DNA of 64,000 nucleotides, taken from the IMG/VR virus record IMGVR_UViG_3300037067_026422. One strand, given 5' to 3'. How positions within the stretch are numbered: position 1 is the first letter of the stretch; every line of letters begins with the position of its first letter. The DNA comes from a virus (Duplodnaviria; Caudoviricetes). Positions 21,742-31,869 of this stretch are shown here, piece after piece. The translations under genes and the position numbers were made by a program. Below the pieces are notes generated by a model. It was not told the DNA's origin, made no database searches, and was given only the letters and a program-made list of their open reading frames with translations.

Positions 21742-21780
21742 GGGCAAAAGCTTCTATCAAAGAAGCTTTTGCCCTCTTTT
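21742..21780 (+). terminator. Intrinsic terminator whose stem contains the 19-bp palindrome
   Basis: GGGCAAAAGCTTCT-ATCAA-AGAAGCTTTTGCCC followed by a T tract. Confidence 0.8.
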
Positions 21781-21798
21781 CTTTTTTGGGGGTACTCT

Positions 21799-22467
21799 AT
21801 GAAAGATAACTTAAGAACAGGCTCACATATGAATAAGGATGAGGAGAAACCAGTCATTCAAACTCAGCTTATCATATCAGGCTCTATCAAAGAGAGTATC
21901 ATGGAAGTCTTTGTCTCAGTTATAGGAACCCTCTTCAATGAAGATCCTAACCATTTCACTAACAAACGTGAGTATGGACAAAAAATAAGACAGTACATCC
22001 GTCATACTGCTATCGAAGCAGACACAAACGATAAACCTATATCTTTTGATATATACTTACCTAATGCTGAAATCTCAACCCAATTCAAAATGTACTGTTA
22101 CACTAATCATCTTACCTATATACATCATATTTCAGCATTCACCGATCATCATGGTATCAGTCACAACAACTCCATACAATATCTTAATGAAAACAATAAC
22201 TTCAGAGAAATCATGCTTGATTGTAAAGAAAGAGAAGTAGTATCAGTCATGGCTGTTTTGGATTATCTGGAACGAGTAATAACAACCTGTGATAAACCAT
22301 TAAAAGATATCCCCCTTGATATCAATGAACCAGGTCTTCTTGGAGACATCGCCCGACGAAAAATGAATGGAGAGGCTCTATCCAAGATCGTCATGGATCA
22401 TATGAGAGAGCTTATCCTGCATATGATCCCTGTACCTAAACCATTTAAAATCCTCAAAGGAGTATAA
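21799..22467 (+). CDS. Hypothetical protein with tag module
   Basis: KPLKDIPLDINEPGLLGDIARRKMNGE. Confidence 0.8.
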   Translation: MKDNLRTGSHMNKDEEKPVIQTQLIISGSIKESIMEVFVSVIGTLFNEDPNHFTNKREYGQKIRQYIRHTAIEADTNDKPISFDIYLPNAEISTQFKMYCYTNHLTYIHHISAFTDHHGISHNNSIQYLNENNNFREIMLDCKEREVVSVMAVLDYLERVITTCDKPLKDIPLDINEPGLLGDIARRKMNGEALSKIVMDHMRELILHMIPVPKPFKILKGV

Positions 22468-22471
22468 CCCT

Positions 22472-23395
22472 ATGCGATACGAAGAAGATATACAAAAACT
22501 CCCTGAAAGAAAACGTTGGCTGATACATCTTCTTTCTTTATATGCAGAATCCAAACTCACCACTATGTATGAAAATAAAACTATGAGGTATACTATACGT
22601 GGGGTATGTCCCGATAGACGACGTGTCCCCACCGTAAGAAAATATCTTGAAGACCTTAACCTTATACAGCCTTCCTATCATAGCAATGAAGAGATAGCCA
22701 TGAGAGAAGAAGAAATAGAAAAACTTCTTCCAGGTTATACCAAAGAACCTGAGTTTAATACCAGTGGTGTCACCCCTATCAAAAAATACTCATACTCGGA
22801 AGATAAATCAGAAGCTATCAGTGATCCTGGTATCGTATATCAGAGATTAAGAGATCTGGGTGCCTATGAAACCATTTATGTGTATCTTCATCAGGATGAT
22901 TATGTCTTTCAGAAGTTCACTGAAACCTATAGAAACTCTCGTAGTGTTTCCGGTTCAGAATATAATTTCGTCAGTATCTTCCCGAAAAAGCATATTGATA
23001 TACTCAATGATAACATCCTGAAGGCACAGAACGAAGAGTTCGCAAAAACCCATCCCAAGGAGGTTCTATCCAAGTTACTCAAGATAAGATTTCGGAACAT
23101 CAAGGATGATGACTTCTGCCTTACTCTGGAAGATACTTCCAGGTGTATCTCGGAAACACAGAAGTCTTTGAGGTTCTACAGTAGACTCTTAAAAGAGTAC
23201 AAGATCCTTGAGCGCCACTTAACTAAAACAGGTGATGAAGCCTTCAAGTCTTCTGTCATAAAGACAAGCAGAGACTATATCACCCGAAAAGCTCCCCTCT
23301 GGATAGTGGGAGAAGATAAAGAAAAGAAAAAATTGGCTCAGATGTTCCTCTCCGGTGAAGGAGAATTGATCACCAGCAAAACTATCTACCGATAA
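22472..23395 (+). CDS. Hypothetical protein (C-terminal part related to 25047..26144)
   Basis: 307 aa; ends KAPLWIVGEDKEKKKLAQMFLSGE. Confidence 0.8.
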   Translation: MRYEEDIQKLPERKRWLIHLLSLYAESKLTTMYENKTMRYTIRGVCPDRRRVPTVRKYLEDLNLIQPSYHSNEEIAMREEEIEKLLPGYTKEPEFNTSGVTPIKKYSYSEDKSEAISDPGIVYQRLRDLGAYETIYVYLHQDDYVFQKFTETYRNSRSVSGSEYNFVSIFPKKHIDILNDNILKAQNEEFAKTHPKEVLSKLLKIRFRNIKDDDFCLTLEDTSRCISETQKSLRFYSRLLKEYKILERHLTKTGDEAFKSSVIKTSRDYITRKAPLWIVGEDKEKKKLAQMFLSGEGELITSKTIYR

Positions 23396-23653
23396 CATCA
23401 AAGCCTACTACACTCACTATAGTGAAAGGATCTATATATGCATACTGATACTTCCGCAGGCTCCTCTTATACCAGAGGAGGCAAATGGAAAGTGAAATAA
23501 ATAATCAGGATGAGAAGGAATATATTAGAGAACTTATAGGGTTCTTAATACTCATCCTCATACAATCTGGCATCATATACGGTGTCTTCCAGATCCCACT
23601 ATTAATAGTACATCTTATACTATGAACACCACCGTAACTAATGAGGAGGCTTT

Positions 23654-23860
23654 ATGAAAGAGCGTACTGAACACTCCCTCGTAACCACCTCTCACAAATT
23701 CAAGAGGGAGGGACAGCTCATCCCCGCAGATTCCCAAGGTACTATCATCCATGTCTATAAAGGCAAGAATGCTTATGCAGTGGAGTTCACCGATCTACCA
23801 AATAACCCTATCGTTACTATGTATGAATCAGACATGACCCCTAATGAGGAGGCTTTATGA
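23654..23860 (+). CDS. DUF4926-like SH3-fold protein
   Basis: IPA.SQGTIIHVY....AY.VEF motif. Confidence 0.65.
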   Translation: MKERTEHSLVTTSHKFKREGQLIPADSQGTIIHVYKGKNAYAVEFTDLPNNPIVTMYESDMTPNEEAL

Positions 23861-24168
23861 AAGAACCAAAGAAATACACAATCAAAGATCCCTATATCCG
23901 TAAGGCAATTGATGCTTCTACAAGTCATATCACCATGGGAGATGATAAACTCTTTAAGTGGAAAGACTGCCCCATCTGTACCTATCCCTATGAGTATGGA
24001 TATCGAGTATGTGTCTCCACCGATGAAGATTTAACCGCATCCCTGAGACAGTTTGGATTTTCGGAAGCATTCATCAATCTGTACTCTATCGCCAGAAATA
24101 AGTCCTGTGATCTCATCCTTGATGGTGATGGTATCGTATACTCAGATCTCCCAACTTTCGAATGGTAA
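23857..24168 (+). CDS. DUF5983-like protein
   Basis: STSHIT..D...YEYG...LDGDG....LPTFEW. Confidence 0.6.
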   Translation: MKEPKKYTIKDPYIRKAIDASTSHITMGDDKLFKWKDCPICTYPYEYGYRVCVSTDEDLTASLRQFGFSEAFINLYSIARNKSCDLILDGDGIVYSDLPTFEW

Positions 24169-24313
24169 CAACTAAACAAGCCATGAACTCAATCTTCATG
24201 GCTCTTCTCTTTATCCCTATCCTCGCAGGCTTGATCTTTATCCTGACCCGACACTCATTAATCCTGAAACAAATCTGCTTATTATTCTGGTAGATAAAAT
24301 ATGAGGAGGCTCT

Positions 24314-25054
24314 ATGAAAGAGACTTTGTATAAATTCACAGGCACCGAACATACCAATGAAGGCTGGCAAGCTATCCCACTCGAAGTCGGATGCAGCTAC
24401 TGTATAGGTGACTTTGAAAAATATGAAGGTTCCATCACAGAGGATCTTCGTAAGAACCTCTTTGTCTTGCCTGCTCTCATGCAAGGCTCCGATTACTCAG
24501 GCGGCTCCATACAAAGATCCAATAAACGCAGCTTCCTCAAAAAGTATGAAAAAACAGAAGGAGTCTATGAAGTCTATGGTGGATACAATACCTATGGCGT
24601 AGCTATCCGTCTTGATATCTATGAATCCAAAGAAATCAAAGATGTTTTCGATGCCCTCGAAAACTATCCTCTCATCGATGATGAAGATCATACTCAATTA
24701 AAGGATGAATGGGAAGGTCAGTACATGAAAAATATTCTTATCGATGAACTCTGTAAGGATATAAAACTTGAAGCCTATATCCCTGAGTGGGAATCCCTGC
24801 TTGAAGATAAAGAAGCCATCGAACTGATAGCATGGGATGGGGTAAATGAATTAAACCTGAACTGGTATGAAGAAAATAATTGCAGTACCCTGGACTCTGA
24901 AAGTAATACTATGCTTCAGTCTTATGTCGAAGATCGATTGATCATAACACACTGCAAGAAACTTCCCTTATTCATCAATCGTGACTGGTCGTGCAAACAA
25001 ACTGAAGAAATGTTCCTCAGTAAACTCTCAGAAGGAGCTACTAAAAATGACTAA
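24314..25054 (+). CDS. Hypothetical protein with C-terminal tag
   Basis: LENYPLIDDE motif; ends KKLPLFINRDW...KLSEG. Confidence 0.8.
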   Translation: MKETLYKFTGTEHTNEGWQAIPLEVGCSYCIGDFEKYEGSITEDLRKNLFVLPALMQGSDYSGGSIQRSNKRSFLKKYEKTEGVYEVYGGYNTYGVAIRLDIYESKEIKDVFDALENYPLIDDEDHTQLKDEWEGQYMKNILIDELCKDIKLEAYIPEWESLLEDKEAIELIAWDGVNELNLNWYEENNCSTLDSESNTMLQSYVEDRLIITHCKKLPLFINRDWSCKQTEEMFLSKLSEGATKND

Positions 25055-26144
25055 AGAACAGCTTGCAGAACTCGAACGTATTAACGAACTCAAAGCCCGC
25101 ATCTGGGCCCATGCCGCTAATAAAGTCATCAAAGGAGAATCAGATCCCCTTGAAATAGAAGAAGAAAACATCGAAAGCAACAAAGGAAGAATAGATAAAG
25201 CACTCAGATTGCTTCATGGTTCTGTCGAATACAAAAGAGCTATAAAAAGCCAATACAGAAGGGATCTTAAGATATATGAGATCCTTAATTTCGATGAAAG
25301 TAAAAATCTTACCGAACTACCCGTCTTCGTAAATGATATCAAAGACCTTCATAACAGTGTAACCAGTTACTATGGTGATGAACAAACAGACTTTGATACC
25401 ATCAGCTATCGCTCTCTTACTGATCTTGCAGATAAACAAATCCTTTATATTTACTGGCACCAAAATGAATACAGCTTAATCAAACATGAGAAAGCTGTCT
25501 ATGTTTTCCCGAATGCCCTTCTCGAAGAACGAAACAAATTGATCTTACGAAGTATCATCGAACAGTATCTTCACACCAACTTCCATACATGGCTGGAAAA
25601 TAAACTCTCTATATCAGAAAACTCCCTCAAGTATGATGACCATTTCAATCTGCAGATCCGGAACTTTGCTGCTCATGGATATAGATTCTCCATGTATGCC
25701 CTCTTCGGTCAGAATGGATTCCTGGATGAATACACTCACTTCAAGGATTACTTTGAGACTCTTGTGAAGAACCTCAATGACTTCAATCAAGTCATCCAAA
25801 AAGCAGGGGGATTCGATGTACTCCTTAAATCCTTTCGGGATGAAATCTTCTGTATCCTTCTTAAACAAGCTCCCGTATATGCTTTCAGAGATGCTCCTGA
25901 ACGTAATTATAGTCAAGACAGCATAGAAATCTTGTTTAAACATCCTCATATGTATAAGTTCCTGATCACCCACTCCAACCTCTTCAACTATGACACCCTC
26001 TATGGTACAGATACCTCTATTCTGAAAATTGGTGAGAGCAACAGCTGTCTTAAGGATGGTGCAGATACGTTCATCCCAGACCCCACTGAACTCAAAGTAA
26101 TCGAAGACCACAAAAAAAAGGATGCCCAATATGTACTCAACTGA
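25047..26144 (+). CDS. Hypothetical protein
   Basis: AAGGAG RBS before ATG 25047; contains NLTELPVFVND. Confidence 0.8.
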   Translation: MTKEQLAELERINELKARIWAHAANKVIKGESDPLEIEEENIESNKGRIDKALRLLHGSVEYKRAIKSQYRRDLKIYEILNFDESKNLTELPVFVNDIKDLHNSVTSYYGDEQTDFDTISYRSLTDLADKQILYIYWHQNEYSLIKHEKAVYVFPNALLEERNKLILRSIIEQYLHTNFHTWLENKLSISENSLKYDDHFNLQIRNFAAHGYRFSMYALFGQNGFLDEYTHFKDYFETLVKNLNDFNQVIQKAGGFDVLLKSFRDEIFCILLKQAPVYAFRDAPERNYSQDSIEILFKHPHMYKFLITHSNLFNYDTLYGTDTSILKIGESNSCLKDGADTFIPDPTELKVIEDHKKKDAQYVLN

Positions 26145-26424
26145 GGGTCTGAAAAGCTTATCAGACTACCTGAAAACCACCGCTAAAGAGGCTCTTAAAG
26201 GAGAGCCTCCTGATCAAGAAGGCCATGATCAACTCATGGAAGTAGCCCGACAACTCGAAGCTATCCGCTACAATCCCCTCCTCTTCAAAACTATCCTGAA
26301 AAAATATCAGATAGACTATGGAACCATCTTGGAGAAACCCCTTAAACAAGTCCCCCTTCATATCAACGACGCTGGTATCTTATCAAAAACCATCGTCCAA
26401 TGGAGATGTACCAATAAAATCTGA
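26122..26424 (+). CDS. Small tag-family protein
   Basis: Ends PLKQVPLHINDAGILSKTIVQWRCTNKI. Confidence 0.75.
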   Translation: MPNMYSTEGLKSLSDYLKTTAKEALKGEPPDQEGHDQLMEVARQLEAIRYNPLLFKTILKKYQIDYGTILEKPLKQVPLHINDAGILSKTIVQWRCTNKI

Positions 26425-26467
26425 TATCATGATATCATCCTGAACAAAAAATATATAAGGAGGTTCT

Positions 26468-26701
26468 ATGCTAAATGCTGATGATCGAAAAGCTTTAGCT
26501 ATCCTCCTTCAACAATCTGGGTGGGCGGGCACTGCCAATGATGTCTACTGGTATAAGTCCCTATCCCGAAGTATCAAGCTCAAAGATCCTGGTCTATATA
26601 ATGTCATGAAACGATCTAAAAAACAACTCCCCCTTCTCATCAACCATCCTCATGGCTATGTCCGGGTCATAGCAAAATATCGTATGGAACATAACATATA
26701 A
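26468..26701 (+). CDS. Small tag-family protein
   Basis: Ends QLPLLINHPHGYVRVIAKYRMEHNI. Confidence 0.8.
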   Translation: MLNADDRKALAILLQQSGWAGTANDVYWYKSLSRSIKLKDPGLYNVMKRSKKQLPLLINHPHGYVRVIAKYRMEHNI

Positions 26702-26710
26702 GGAGACTCT

Positions 26711-26953
26711 ATGTTACAGCCCCAAGATCTCCTGACCATCACAGAACAGTTAAAGGGGATATGCTCAGAGGAAATGTGCTTTGATATTAGGGGTTTGAGA
26801 ATAACTTTTAAATCCTCATTATATCTAAGAAAGATGTACCCCGGATGGTATCACGCCCTCACCTGTGATATAAAAATTCTTCCCAAGCTACTTAATCATC
26901 CCACTGCTACTATTCGGGTCATAGCAAAATATCGCTTATCAGTCAATAGATAA
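26711..26953 (+). CDS. Small tag-family protein
   Basis: Ends ILPKLLNHPTATIRVIAKYRLSVNR. Confidence 0.8.
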   Translation: MLQPQDLLTITEQLKGICSEEMCFDIRGLRITFKSSLYLRKMYPGWYHALTCDIKILPKLLNHPTATIRVIAKYRLSVNR

Positions 26954-26971
26954 TCTTATACAGGAGGCTTT

Positions 26972-27715
26972 ATGAAAGATCCTATCGTAGTCCGGGTCGG
27001 AGTCAATAATAATTTCAACTGCACCGATGCCGAGTTCCAGCAACTCGATATCCTCAGTAACCTTCATCCTGATCATATCTTCTTCGTCAACTCAAATATA
27101 AAAACCCCTAACCTCACAGCTATCAATGACCATCCCTACAAAGCAGTCCTCACCCTCAATCCTGATCTAACCGTCATGGATAACCTGGTAAACAGGCTTT
27201 ATGATATAGACTCCAAAAAGATAGCCTTCGTCAGGATCAAATATATCCCTGAATGGCCTTCCATCATCGATCTGATCAAAAGAGTCTCGAAGACTCATAA
27301 GGTGGTCATCACTAACCAAAGATTCAATAGCAAGAAAACTATTGCTCAGTTCATCCCTGACTACAAAAAATATTATGAGTTCTCTTGTTCAAGATATCGG
27401 TTGAAAGATTTAAGTATCCTGTCTGATATCGTAGACCATAAAAAAGTCTTCATCTGTGATGAGAAAGGTCTTGGATGCGAAACCTGCGGTCTGTGTTCCA
27501 AACTCACCACAGGAAAAGAACTCCCGATCTATACCCTTAATCTGTCTACATCCGGGTACTGCCCCTATAACTGTTGCGATTGTTACGCAAAAGCCATGCA
27601 GAATAAGCTCATAAAATGGCACCTGCCACCTATCCATTTCGATTGGATACACCGGAATCATAAACAATCCGGTCGTACCAGACATATCAAACTAAACAAA
27701 CAAGCTCTTCTATAA
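26972..27715 (+). CDS. Fe-S/radical-SAM-like protein, possibly a circularly permuted phage gp88-like protein
   Basis: CxxxCxxC-YA (CPYNCCDCYAK) near the C-terminus, preceded by CETCGLC. Confidence 0.55.
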   Translation: MKDPIVVRVGVNNNFNCTDAEFQQLDILSNLHPDHIFFVNSNIKTPNLTAINDHPYKAVLTLNPDLTVMDNLVNRLYDIDSKKIAFVRIKYIPEWPSIIDLIKRVSKTHKVVITNQRFNSKKTIAQFIPDYKKYYEFSCSRYRLKDLSILSDIVDHKKVFICDEKGLGCETCGLCSKLTTGKELPIYTLNLSTSGYCPYNCCDCYAKAMQNKLIKWHLPPIHFDWIHRNHKQSGRTRHIKLNKQALL

Positions 27716-27724
27716 GGAGACAGT

Positions 27725-28177
27725 ATGGTAAAGACTATACCAATCACCCTATCTGTCACGGTCTACAATGAATATGCTGATGAAATCCCAGACAGCCTTA
27801 CCGTAAACATCACCGAAAAGTTATACCAGAGGATACTCAAGATATCAAAGATCCTAAAAAGAAATGATCTGGATTCTACTTCAGAGTATAACTATGAACC
27901 AGAGTTCTTTATGGAGAGTGGGGATACCGAAGAAGTTACCCCCTATGAAGGAGGTCGGGAATGTGAAATGCTCGTGATCACTGATACTTCGTTCTATTGG
28001 AAAGGTGTCCTCAAACACACTGATATCCAATATGAATCTGAACTCTTCTCCATCAAGGGTCTGAAAGAACTTATGAAGTTATATGATCGCCCTCTATCCG
28101 ATATGGCTAAACTTATTAATGATGAAGATGAATGTACCGCAGCCATAGCAAAACTTAGACTGGAGGCAGGTGAATAA
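27725..28177 (+). CDS. Tag-family protein
   Basis: Ends PLSDMAKLINDEDECTAAIAKLRLEAGE. Confidence 0.8.
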   Translation: MVKTIPITLSVTVYNEYADEIPDSLTVNITEKLYQRILKISKILKRNDLDSTSEYNYEPEFFMESGDTEEVTPYEGGRECEMLVITDTSFYWKGVLKHTDIQYESELFSIKGLKELMKLYDRPLSDMAKLINDEDECTAAIAKLRLEAGE

Positions 28178-28183
28178 CACTTT

Positions 28184-28211
28184 TGCAACATAGAAAATTT
28201 AATCTGCATGG
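28184..28211 (+). promoter_or_regulatory. Bipartite motif TGCAACATAG-N11-TGCATGG
   Basis: Same motif and spacing; upstream of the HTH gene at 28351. Confidence 0.6.
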
Positions 28212-28350
28212 ATAGCTTAAGAAACCCTGATAGACTGAGAGGTGTATCATGATCAACCAGTAACAAGATAATGTCATATGTAGTCCCTGTATATATCACA
28301 TATCATAAAAAATCTCAGATAATAAAACATTTCACTTAAGGAGTCCCCCT

Positions 28351-28617
28351 ATGAACACCAAGACAACCAAAAAGCCTGCAGCAAAGAAAAGCACCGTCCG
28401 CACCGCTCGTAACAAAGCAGAAACCCGGAGTAAACCTGTCAAAGAAAAGACACCGTTCAACTACCGGACTATCAAAATCTATGGAAGAAATTTCCGGACA
28501 GCTTCCAAAGCCGCAGTCTATATGCTCCGTAAAACCAAACTGTCCCAATCTGAAATCGCCCGTCGCTGCGGTGTCTCTCAGCCCTGTGTCTGTCAGCTTG
28601 CTGCTATCCTGAAGTAG
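28351..28617 (+). CDS. Small basic HTH DNA-binding protein
   Basis: Lys/Arg-rich N-terminus; C-terminal LSQSEIARRCGVSQPCVCQL helix-turn-helix; own terminator at ~28638-28665. Confidence 0.8.
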   Translation: MNTKTTKKPAAKKSTVRTARNKAETRSKPVKEKTPFNYRTIKIYGRNFRTASKAAVYMLRKTKLSQSEIARRCGVSQPCVCQLAAILK

Positions 28618-28667
28618 TCCCAATAAAGAAGTATATAGAAGGGAGATGATCATCTCCCTTCTTTCTT

Positions 28668-29030
28668 ATGTACTCCTACGGAGATCCTATGTCAAAAAGA
28701 TTTGAAAGAAATAAGCTAAATCTTATTGAATCCACCCAAAGAACTATTCAGATACTTCCTTTGCTTTCAGAAAATAAAGTATATATGATCACAGAAGATG
28801 AGTATAAATATGTAGGTAAAGTACTATCCTTAACCAGTGACGGTATCAGAATACACATACTGGCTATGTACTGTAACTTCAATAAAGGTGCTGATTATTG
28901 GGTAAATAAAAGAAGAGCTATCAAGTTTAAATATATCACTACCTGCTCCCTATGGACTCCTAAAGATGCCCCCCTCACCTGTAACTACAACATGACCGAG
29001 GAGTACCGAAAGATAGCCTATAGAACCTAA
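28668..29030 (+). CDS. Hypothetical protein, tag subtype B
   Basis: Ends WTPKDAPLTCNYNMTEEYRK. Confidence 0.7.
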   Translation: MYSYGDPMSKRFERNKLNLIESTQRTIQILPLLSENKVYMITEDEYKYVGKVLSLTSDGIRIHILAMYCNFNKGADYWVNKRRAIKFKYITTCSLWTPKDAPLTCNYNMTEEYRKIAYRT

Positions 29031-29081
29031 GTGTAGTAGGCTTTGATCTTATACGGTATATCTATTAGAAAAAGAGGCTCT

Positions 29082-29360
29082 ATGGAAAATCCTGAATATG
29101 TCGAAAACAAATTCACCAAACAGGACTATCACAGGCTCTATGAAACATCCTCAAGTTCCTTACTCCAATCCCATATCAGAAGAGCAAACTATCGTGATAA
29201 AAGATTCCAGAGGATGATCCCCTCTGAATCCATAAGAAAAATATTCTACTGCAATTTTAATGATATCCCCCTATATATGTTCGGAAAAAACTATCTACCT
29301 CCTGATACTCAAGAAATGATAACAGATATCGCCCGATGGCGATTAACGATACATAAGTAA
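29082..29360 (+). CDS. Tag-family protein
   Basis: Ends FNDIPLYM...ITDIARWRLTIHK. Confidence 0.75.
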   Translation: MENPEYVENKFTKQDYHRLYETSSSSLLQSHIRRANYRDKRFQRMIPSESIRKIFYCNFNDIPLYMFGKNYLPPDTQEMITDIARWRLTIHK

Positions 29361-29398
29361 CTTAATCTTATCCCCTATAAGTAAGGAGAAACTTTATT

Positions 29399-30247
29399 AT
29401 GTCTCTACTCAATAATTACCTGAGTGCCGAAAAATCCCTCGCTGAAATCCATACCACAGAAACAGCCTCCAATGAAGCCCTTCAAAAAACTATCCGGAAC
29501 ATCAAAAATGATTACTATGACCAGATCAGAACACTCGAACAGGAACGTGACCGTAAGATCGATGACGAACAGGAAGCCTATGATACCAACATCACCAGAC
29601 TGAAATCAGAAGTACCAATCCTTAATGCCACCATCAAAGAAGTCAAAAACATCTTCTCCATGATGACTATCGCTATCGATGGCTTTACGGTAGAAGCTCC
29701 AAAACTCTACGAATATTCAAATCGTGATGCCAGCGGTAACTACATCAACCCCTCCCGTAAAGTTTACTTCAATCCTATCCAGTCTATCAGAGAAGATGAC
29801 TACTCCAATATCCAGCTGTATATCGTACCCAATAAAAAACCCACCAATAAATATTCACTGATCCTCGCCGGGAACTTCCCCCTGTTTCGGTGTGAACCTG
29901 GAAGAAACTTCAGATTTTATGGATATGGTACTCCAGCACATGATGAAGGCTGTGATATCAAGCTGATCCTCAAAGAGGCTCCATCAGAAGAAACCTTAAC
30001 GGAATATGTCACCAAGAATCTCAAAAAGATCCTGGAGAAAGTCCCCAACAAGGAACTTGATGAATATATCCAAACTTATGAAACTGCAAGGGTATATCTT
30101 CAGAATGATACCTGGAAAATAGCTTACTATGAAGATCAGAAGTATTACTATGAGAACCACTACTCTCATGGTACTGATACTCCAGAATATAAAAACATCC
30201 TGAAGACCCTGAAAAACTTACAACAGAAGAGTAAAAAGCATGACTAA
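29399..30247 (+). CDS. Hypothetical protein with N-terminal coiled coil
   Basis: 282 aa; AAGGAG RBS. Confidence 0.8.
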   Translation: MSLLNNYLSAEKSLAEIHTTETASNEALQKTIRNIKNDYYDQIRTLEQERDRKIDDEQEAYDTNITRLKSEVPILNATIKEVKNIFSMMTIAIDGFTVEAPKLYEYSNRDASGNYINPSRKVYFNPIQSIREDDYSNIQLYIVPNKKPTNKYSLILAGNFPLFRCEPGRNFRFYGYGTPAHDEGCDIKLILKEAPSEETLTEYVTKNLKKILEKVPNKELDEYIQTYETARVYLQNDTWKIAYYEDQKYYYENHYSHGTDTPEYKNILKTLKNLQQKSKKHD

Positions 30248-31869
30248 CAAATCCAAACTGATCAAAGATGTCCTCGTTAAGCTTGCCTCAAATGACCAGC
30301 TCCCTGCTGACATGAACACCCTTGATGAACATATCTTCGATGATGTGATCAAGATGGATATCAAATATCTTGAGCACCATGCCGAACAACATGCCCTCGG
30401 TCAGTATCTGTCAGAGTACCCGGAAGACATGGAGTATGAAGATATCATCGAAAGACTCGTAACCAATAACCTGGTAAATGAGGAAAGCCACATAGTAATC
30501 TGGGAACCCTTTGAGGAGGGTGACCCCGCAAGAGTCGCAGTACATATCGAAAATGCAAAAAGTGCAACCCTTACTCTACTCAAAGAAGTATTTGAAGGAT
30601 GGATGAATAATAGTAAGGCTCTGTTATAGAGCCTTACTGCCCAGCAAGTAGGTTCTATGATAAAAACTTGTCAACTTAAAAATGGAGGCTCTATGATACA
30701 TACTTGCCCAAAATGCAAAGCCGATCTTACCATCAAATATAGCGTCACCCGTACCTACAACAATAAGGATACTGAAGAAGGGAACGTCAAAGCCAAAGGT
30801 CACTATGATAAAAATGGATACTTTGAACCCGACCATAAAGTAGATCTATCAGAAGGAAGATATGATCTGGTAGATGGGGCTGATACCTGTACCCAATGTG
30901 ATACTATCATCCAATAAGGAATAAAACAGTATGTCCTCTTTAATAGAACAAGCAGCCCGCAAACTATCAGCATCCGCATCTATGGGGATGTATACGGAAG
31001 AACAAGTCCTCAATATCCTGAAATCCGTACAGGAATGTGATGCAGACCCTAATGGTAAAAAAGCCAGCATTCGTGCAGCAGCCAAACAACAATACGGTGA
31101 ACAAGGCTCCATCGAAATCGATTCCGATGCCGTCGTATCCATATCAGAAGATGGTGGTGCCTATGTCCAAGCGTGGGTATGGGTACAATAACTTAAACAG
31201 AAAGCTCCTATGAAACACATACCAGCCTGTAACGGATGCCCCAATGATGGTAGATGTCAGCACCAAGACCTAAACAACTGTCAGGCTTGTAACGAAAACC
31301 TCAAGTAATAAACCTTAATCAAAGGCTCTATCTTAAATACTCACATTGAATACTGTACCACATATATAACTTAAAAAAGGAATAAATTCTATGGACTCTA
31401 TCCTCGGAAAATCCTTAACTCATTCAAAAAACCTACCCCTTACTGTAGGTACACTCCTTGATACCCTTAATACTCTGATCAAAGAAAAACCAAATGCCCT
31501 CAAAAATCCTGTATTCATGTCCTCTGATGAAGAAGGTAATCAAGCCCTTCATCTCTATGCAATAGATATAACCAAATCCGGTCAACTCACCTTATGGCCT
31601 GCCGGTGGACATGACATAGAGTTCCCCACATAATAACCTAAGAAGGAAATTTATCATGAAACAAATAATCATATCAGAAAAAGAACTCCATAGTAACGGT
31701 GGTCTGGAAATAGTCATCCCCGGTACTGCCGGTAGCCCTGAAGATCCCCCTGGATCCCCTTGTCCAGTATTCATTGAATCTTATAAGCAGGAAGTTAGAG
31801 TCATTATCTGGAATGGAACTGAAGTTCCTACAATCATCCCCCTCAAACGTGCCAAAACTCCCGAATAAT

